Below, one piece after another: positions 58,961 through 64,000 of a stretch of DNA of 64,000 bases (its first letter is position 1; the number at the start of each line of letters is the position of its first letter). This DNA is from Myxococcota bacterium (GTDB lineage: Bacteria > Myxococcota_A > SURF-8): positions 4,704,001 to 4,768,000 of the forward strand of contig OZ223209.1 in assembly GCA_965140415.1 (NCBI GenBank). The letters are read 5' to 3'. Position numbers and translations under genes: made by a program. The notes under the pieces were generated by a model. The model did not search any database and was not told the origin of the DNA. It worked only from the letters and a program-made list of their open reading frames with translations.

Positions 58961-61321
58961 CTACTCCATCACTGTATTTTCGATCTCCACGTATTCACGG
59001 CAGGGCTGGCCGCGCAGGGCATCACAGGCGGTCTGCTCGGTGGGAATGTCGACATTCGGAATGACCGGCAACAGGATGCTGCTGGGATAGTCTTTCATGT
59101 GTGCAACGCTATGCGTGGGCGGCTCGTCGTAGTCCAGCAACAGAAAACGCCAGCGGGCGCGGCTGTCGCCGGGCGTATCCACACTCACACGCAAACGCGA
59201 CCCGGCACGGAAAATCTGGGTAAAGGGCATCACTTCCACCCGCACCAGGTTCCACTCCCCATCCACCAGCATTTCGGAATCCTCTTCGTAGTGCGAAGAT
59301 ACCGGGCGCAGCGCCGTAGACTCCGGCAGCAGGTTTCGGCGCGAAGCGCGCAGCCAGCCACTTTGCACGTAGGTTTCCATGCCATCGGCGCGTACTTCCG
59401 TGATGTTGACTTCCAGATCCGCATCCTCCGCCGTGCTTTGCAGCCACAGATCCACGCTGGCCGAGCCGATCATCACCACATCCTCGCTCATCGGTTCGGT
59501 AATGAAACTGATCGCCTTGCCCTCGATCAGCGGGCGGTAATCGTAGTTCGGCTGCGGAATGTCGATGGAACCGCTGACCAGCGTCACCCGCTCGCCCGCT
59601 TCCGGGTCGTGCTCGAAACTGCTGGCCCCACCCTCTGCGGGAGGCTCGTTTTCGTTCAAGCTGCCATCCGGCTGGAAGTAGAGTCTCAACTCTTCGGTTT
59701 CCGGGATGGGCCACTCGCTGAAATGCTGATCGAAACGCCCACGCGGCGCGCCGGGGTCCACATCCTCATGCGCACCGGATTCGAAAATCACGCGAATGTC
59801 CGGGTCGGCTTCATAGTCGGCTAACGCCTGATCGAAATCGGTATATTCCGCGAAACGGTTCTCCGGTAGTTCCATACCGGGCGAACGGAACACCTCGTTC
59901 ATGAACTGCGGCACCAGAATATACAAGAAGGGGTCGATAACCGGGATTTCTTCGTTGACATAGAAGGAGAGAAAATAGGCCCACTCGATCAGCACCTGTG
60001 GCGAAAGGCCGTCCGGGTGCACGCCGTTGGCCATGGTGAAGCGCTTGACCGGGGCGTTGTCGAACTTGCCGAATAGAATCGGAGAATGAGGCCCGGTCTG
60101 CTCGTCCTGGTTCTGCCCGACCAGAAACACGGGCACGTCGATTTTATCCACAAAGCGCGTGGGATCGAGCGGCGCCGCCACATCATCCGTATAGAATGGA
60201 TGATCCAGCGCTTTCTGGATGGCGTCCTCTTTCTGGCTATGCAACAACTGGTGCTCCTCGCAGATGGTGTCGCCCGCCTCCACCAGATCGGTAATCCAGC
60301 CGTGTGCGTAAGGTTCGCTCTTATTCAAAACCATATCGATCCATTCCAGCGCGAATCCGTTGTTGTAAATGCCGCCTGGAGTCAGGGTGCTGGTGGCGGT
60401 ATCGGCGATCACGGAAAAAGGCGCGATGGCCGCCAATGACGGCGGATTGACGCTGGCCACGAATAGCTGGGTGATACCCGGATAGGACAGCCCGACCATG
60501 CCGACCTTGTGGTGCTTGACCCATTGCTGCCTTGCCACGATCTCGATCACGTCGTAGCCATCCAGCAACTGCAAAGGCTCGAAATAATCATACGCGCCTC
60601 CGGAGCAGCCGGTCCCGCGCAGATTCACGCCCACCGAAGCATAACCCATCGCCCCGGCGATAATGCCGGTGGGATGGTTGGGAGCGTCACACAGCACCGG
60701 ATAGCTGCCGCAGAACATCTCGACATCCTCTCCCAGCGATTGTCCCGGCTGGCTCGGACTGTAGCCGGAATAATTGACGACGGTGGGATACGGTCCCTTA
60801 TCCACCGGGCCGGGCAGGCTGACAAAAATCGAAAGCAGAGTGCCGTCACGCGTTTCGATATAGCCGAATCCCGGCTCCAACACCTGCTGTTCGTAGAAGG
60901 ATGCATCCGGGTAGGATTCTTCGGCAGTCATGACGTGCAACTGGTCGGTGTATTCGTCCGGATTGTCTTTCAACCGCAACACGTAATTCCGCCCGGCTTC
61001 GACCTCGCGCATGACCAGCGAACCCTGATAATCGGTTGTCCCGCTGCGAAGCACGCTGCCCTCGGCATCGAGCAGTTCTACGTCCGTATCCGGCTCGGCC
61101 ATCCAGATATACACTTGGTTCACCGTCGCTCGCACCTTGAAAGCATCCGACACGACCTGGGGAACTGCGGCTTCCGCATCGCCCTCGCCTTCTATTTCCA
61201 TCTCGGCATCCAAGTCGCCGTCGGTTACCGGATCCTCCATATCTTCCGACGAACAGGCCAGTACCATAAACAGCACAAAGAAAAATACAACGGCAGGGTA
61301 AAACAGCGCACTCCGTTTCAT
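58961..61321 (-). CDS. CocE/NonD family (peptidase S15-like) hydrolase lipoprotein
   Basis: Lipobox VLAC; TRDGTLL, RGTGCSGG, DGYDVIE, GLSYPG nucleophile elbow, FRAGSRLRV. Confidence 0.9.
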   Translation of the reverse strand: MKRSALFYPAVVFFFVLFMVLACSSEDMEDPVTDGDLDAEMEIEGEGDAEAAVPQVVSDAFKVRATVNQVYIWMAEPDTDVELLDAEGSVLRSGTTDYQGSLVMREVEAGRNYVLRLKDNPDEYTDQLHVMTAEESYPDASFYEQQVLEPGFGYIETRDGTLLSIFVSLPGPVDKGPYPTVVNYSGYSPSQPGQSLGEDVEMFCGSYPVLCDAPNHPTGIIAGAMGYASVGVNLRGTGCSGGAYDYFEPLQLLDGYDVIEIVARQQWVKHHKVGMVGLSYPGITQLFVASVNPPSLAAIAPFSVIADTATSTLTPGGIYNNGFALEWIDMVLNKSEPYAHGWITDLVEAGDTICEEHQLLHSQKEDAIQKALDHPFYTDDVAAPLDPTRFVDKIDVPVFLVGQNQDEQTGPHSPILFGKFDNAPVKRFTMANGVHPDGLSPQVLIEWAYFLSFYVNEEIPVIDPFLYILVPQFMNEVFRSPGMELPENRFAEYTDFDQALADYEADPDIRVIFESGAHEDVDPGAPRGRFDQHFSEWPIPETEELRLYFQPDGSLNENEPPAEGGASSFEHDPEAGERVTLVSGSIDIPQPNYDYRPLIEGKAISFITEPMSEDVVMIGSASVDLWLQSTAEDADLEVNITEVRADGMETYVQSGWLRASRRNLLPESTALRPVSSHYEEDSEMLVDGEWNLVRVEVMPFTQIFRAGSRLRVSVDTPGDSRARWRFLLLDYDEPPTHSVAHMKDYPSSILLPVIPNVDIPTEQTACDALRGQPCREYVEIENTVME

Positions 61322-61440
61322 CGGCAATACTCCAAATAATGATTGTAGGTATAGCGTTTCGGCGCAGTGTAGCACAATCAGGAAGATTTGTCTGTATTCA
61401 AGGAATGTTTTCACAACTTTTTAGTATTAGGTGTGTGTCC

Positions 61441-61635
61441 TTTTCCCTTCCCCGACGGAGCCGCTTCGCGTCATATGGCTTGTTAACCTGGGGGTAATAG
61501 GGAAGCAGTCAAGGCCGGAGCGCAGCGACGTTCATATAGCCTTGACGGCATCCCGCCCCCTGGTACAAGCCGTCCAATGACGCGATGCGAGCGAACGAAA
61601 GGGAAGGGAAAAGACCTTCCTTGATGGTGGGCTTT
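61441..61635 (-). repeat. ~195-bp structured intergenic repeat, copy B
   Basis: Diverged inverted copy of 14049-14243; 13-bp closing stem cttttcccttccc/gggaagggaaaag. Confidence 0.9.
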
Positions 61636-61690
61636 AAGGATTTCTCCGTTTTTAATTCAGGAAGAAGTGAAAATCGTCTTCCTGTTGCGG

Positions 61691-62596
61691 CTATTCCTGC
61701 TCGGGCGGCGGCGGAGTTACAGTGCTGCCGGTCGCTTTAGTGAAGCGTCGATTCTTACGGCGATTGAACCAGCGACGCAGCCACCATGCCAGCGGAATCC
61801 ACGGCAAGACGGCAACAATCACAGTGAGCAACGCACCCAACGATCCGGCCACAACGAAACCCAGGTCGCGAATATCCTGTAACAGGGGACCGTACCAGGT
61901 ACGCGTATCGACTTCGCGCGAACCGGACACAAACAGGTGCACCGTAAAGGCGGCGAAATCGGTGCGGGCTTTCAAGCGTTTGAAGCGGCCTTCCATTTCC
62001 TCGATGCGAGCACGAGTGTCGGCCAGTTGCCGTTCCGCCTCGATGATATCTGCAATGGAGCCGGTATTTTTTTCCAACAGCGAAAGAATGCGTTGCTCCA
62101 GGCGGCGGGCATTATTGAGCCGAGCTTGCAGATCAACCACGCGGTCGGTGGCATCCTCTGCGTTTTCGGATAATTCATAAACCTTGCCCAATCCCTGCAA
62201 AAACGACAGCGTCTCGTCGTAGTTCGCAACCGGCACCCGTAACACCATGGTACCGGCTAACGCATCGTTGGATTCCCTGCGCTGTTCGCTGCGCGCCACG
62301 AAACCTCGTGCTGCTTCAATGTGCTCCTTTATACTCTGTTGAGCTTTTACAAAATCCGGTACCTTGATGGAAAGTGTCGCTGCATGAATCACCTGCCGGG
62401 CCAGTTCCGTCATATCGCCTGCTGGAACCGCACCGCCACGAGCATCGAACTGACCGCGACCTACTTCCTGCTCGCTCTGCGCGAAATACGGTCCCGGCGG
62501 CAACGGCTCGGTCTGTTGCCCGTCTCGCATGCATCCGATGGAAATCAGGATCACGAAAAGAAGCACCGTCATCCACGCGCATTGTCGCCGGTTCAT
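61691..62596 (-). CDS. DUF4349 domain lipoprotein with C-terminal TM helix
   Basis: RQVIHAATL, LRVP, EDATDRVVDLQARL, IIEAERQL..IEEMEG. Confidence 0.88.
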   Translation of the reverse strand: MNRRQCAWMTVLLFVILISIGCMRDGQQTEPLPPGPYFAQSEQEVGRGQFDARGGAVPAGDMTELARQVIHAATLSIKVPDFVKAQQSIKEHIEAARGFVARSEQRRESNDALAGTMVLRVPVANYDETLSFLQGLGKVYELSENAEDATDRVVDLQARLNNARRLEQRILSLLEKNTGSIADIIEAERQLADTRARIEEMEGRFKRLKARTDFAAFTVHLFVSGSREVDTRTWYGPLLQDIRDLGFVVAGSLGALLTVIVAVLPWIPLAWWLRRWFNRRKNRRFTKATGSTVTPPPPEQE

Positions 62597-62621
62597 GTCT
62601 ACCTCCTGTCAGAACGATTCA

Positions 62622-62637
62622 TGCAGGAAGCATACCA
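62622..62637 (-). promoter_or_regulatory. Candidate sigma54 (-24/-12) promoter of the DUF4349 gene
   Basis: TGGTATGCTTCCTGCA (GG-N10-GC) just upstream of an AGGAGG RBS. Confidence 0.5.
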
Positions 62638-62740
62638 CGAAGAGCACACCGTAGCCAAGAAGTAGAACAGGCGATCACTTCCGTTGCTATAAGTCGATTA
62701 CGGTTGCAGGGATGTTTTTAGATGGTTCAAGGCTCCCGTC

Positions 62741-64000
62741 CACATCTGTCCGGTTAACTATTGAATAATTCCAACTGTTTACCGAAAGGGGGGGATTTCG
62801 CTGAATCACCATTTGCCTTCAGTACCTGTAAAATGGGGCTTTCCTCGAAAAGTGTGACGCTCAAAATCTGTAGAATCGTCATCAAACTGTGCTCGAGATT
62901 CAGATCCTTTTTCAAAATCGCCACTAAAAGGTAAACTGTTATCGAAATCCATACCTGCGTTTTCACCGCGTTGGCACTGGTCCCGTAGAACGCCTTGATG
63001 CGTAGATTCTGCTTGATCCATTTGAAAAACACTTCGATGCTCCAACGAAGCCGATACAAGTCCGGAATCGTTTCCGATGGCAGATCGAAAGCGTTGGTCA
63101 GCCAGACAAATCGGCTTTTCGATTCCGGATCGGTGTAATTGATACGCCGCAACTGGTCGGGGTAACGCTTGAGGGAAGCGCGATCAACAAGAGAAACGGT
63201 TTGGTCTGTTCTCAAACCTGTGCTTTTATCAACAGGACGAGAATAAATCTTTTTTGTGTGCGTATCCTTTCGTGCTCTAAGAATAAAGAAAGCTCCTGCT
63301 TGATTGATTTTATACATCCGCTTGTAATCCAGATATCCGCGATCCATGATGTAAAAAGCACCCGCTTCCAGGGGCAGAATATCCAGCAGACGCTTGTCCT
63401 GGCTTTTACCGTCTGTAATGGAAATAAAGGTAGGAATTCGTCCGCGCAGATCCATCTGCGTATGCAGTCGGAGCGATCCATAGTGACGTGTAAATTTGGC
63501 CCAGGGAAAAAGAGACAAACTCAAATCGATGGCCGTGGTGTCCAGAGCGTAAGCGGTGGCATCCAGATCGACGCCGAGCTTTTCGTCCGCATACAGTGTG
63601 CGAGCGCGCCGTATCAGAGGTTGCGCGAGATCTTCGTATATACGCCAGTCGCGGTGCTCGTTGGCGTCGGCCAGTGTACTTCGAGATACTTTTCCTCGAA
63701 CCCCCATTCGGTAGAGTTTTGATCCCAACGCACGCAAGGTCGCTTCGATGTCGCGCAGACTTTCCCTGTAAGACAACTGCGCGAATGCCATGCAGATGAA
63801 TTGATCCATGCAGGAAAAGGTACGAATGCGCTTGTTCCCCTGATAGCGGTGGACACAACGTCTGAAATGCCAATTGGGCAAGTAATCAAGTACTTGCGAA
63901 AAGACAGTTTGAGGCATATGCTCCTCCTGCAAATGGGTCATGGAAAACAAGTCCATTTTGCACGAGAACGAAAATCTATCGCAAGCACATTGAAAGAGGT
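62741..64000 (-). mobile_element. IS4-family insertion sequence (other end outside the window)
   Basis: Terminal cacatctgtccggttaa overlapping the transposase stop codon; contains the transposase gene. Confidence 0.8.
62754..63917 (-). CDS. IS4 family transposase (DUF4372 + DDE_Tnp_1)
   Basis: TVFSQ, RESLRDIE, RSTLADAN, ALDTT, MDRGY, YRLRWSIEVFFKWIKQ (YREK motif). Confidence 0.95.
   Translation of the reverse strand: MPQTVFSQVLDYLPNWHFRRCVHRYQGNKRIRTFSCMDQFICMAFAQLSYRESLRDIEATLRALGSKLYRMGVRGKVSRSTLADANEHRDWRIYEDLAQPLIRRARTLYADEKLGVDLDATAYALDTTAIDLSLSLFPWAKFTRHYGSLRLHTQMDLRGRIPTFISITDGKSQDKRLLDILPLEAGAFYIMDRGYLDYKRMYKINQAGAFFILRARKDTHTKKIYSRPVDKSTGLRTDQTVSLVDRASLKRYPDQLRRINYTDPESKSRFVWLTNAFDLPSETIPDLYRLRWSIEVFFKWIKQNLRIKAFYGTSANAVKTQVWISITVYLLVAILKKDLNLEHSLMTILQILSVTLFEESPILQVLKANGDSAKSPPFGKQLELFNS

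Overview
64 kb of chromosome from a Gram-negative bacterium of moderate GC. The gene content points to a deltaproteobacterial/Myxococcota-like lineage (inference). The left end carries a Glt/Agm-type gliding-machinery-like cluster on the minus strand: OM beta-barrel, gltC, gltD, gltE, gltF and a truncated gltG. The rest mixes housekeeping genes (asnS, ychF paralog, trkA/trkH, aminotransferase, coaD, rsmD, rnd, rho), signalling genes (REC-GGDEF, PAS histidine kinase, cNMP-binding protein), a TetR-RND-TolC efflux operon and an IS4-family transposase at the right edge. About 15 predicted lipoproteins are present. No tRNA, rRNA or CRISPR array was seen. Best leads: (1) an acidic 'DGD' motif shared by unrelated lipoproteins, often 10-12 residues after the lipidated Cys, which may be a lineage-specific sorting signal; (2) a ~195-bp rod-like hairpin element in two diverged copies plus a collapsed third copy; (3) an AT-rich orphan gene fusing an Abi-alpha-like domain to a phage-type DUF2793-like domain; (4) a conotoxin-framework knottin ending a Cys-rich lipoprotein; (5) an AT-rich secreted metalloprotease operon with a G9 tract. 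All family calls come from motif recognition by eye, not database searches.
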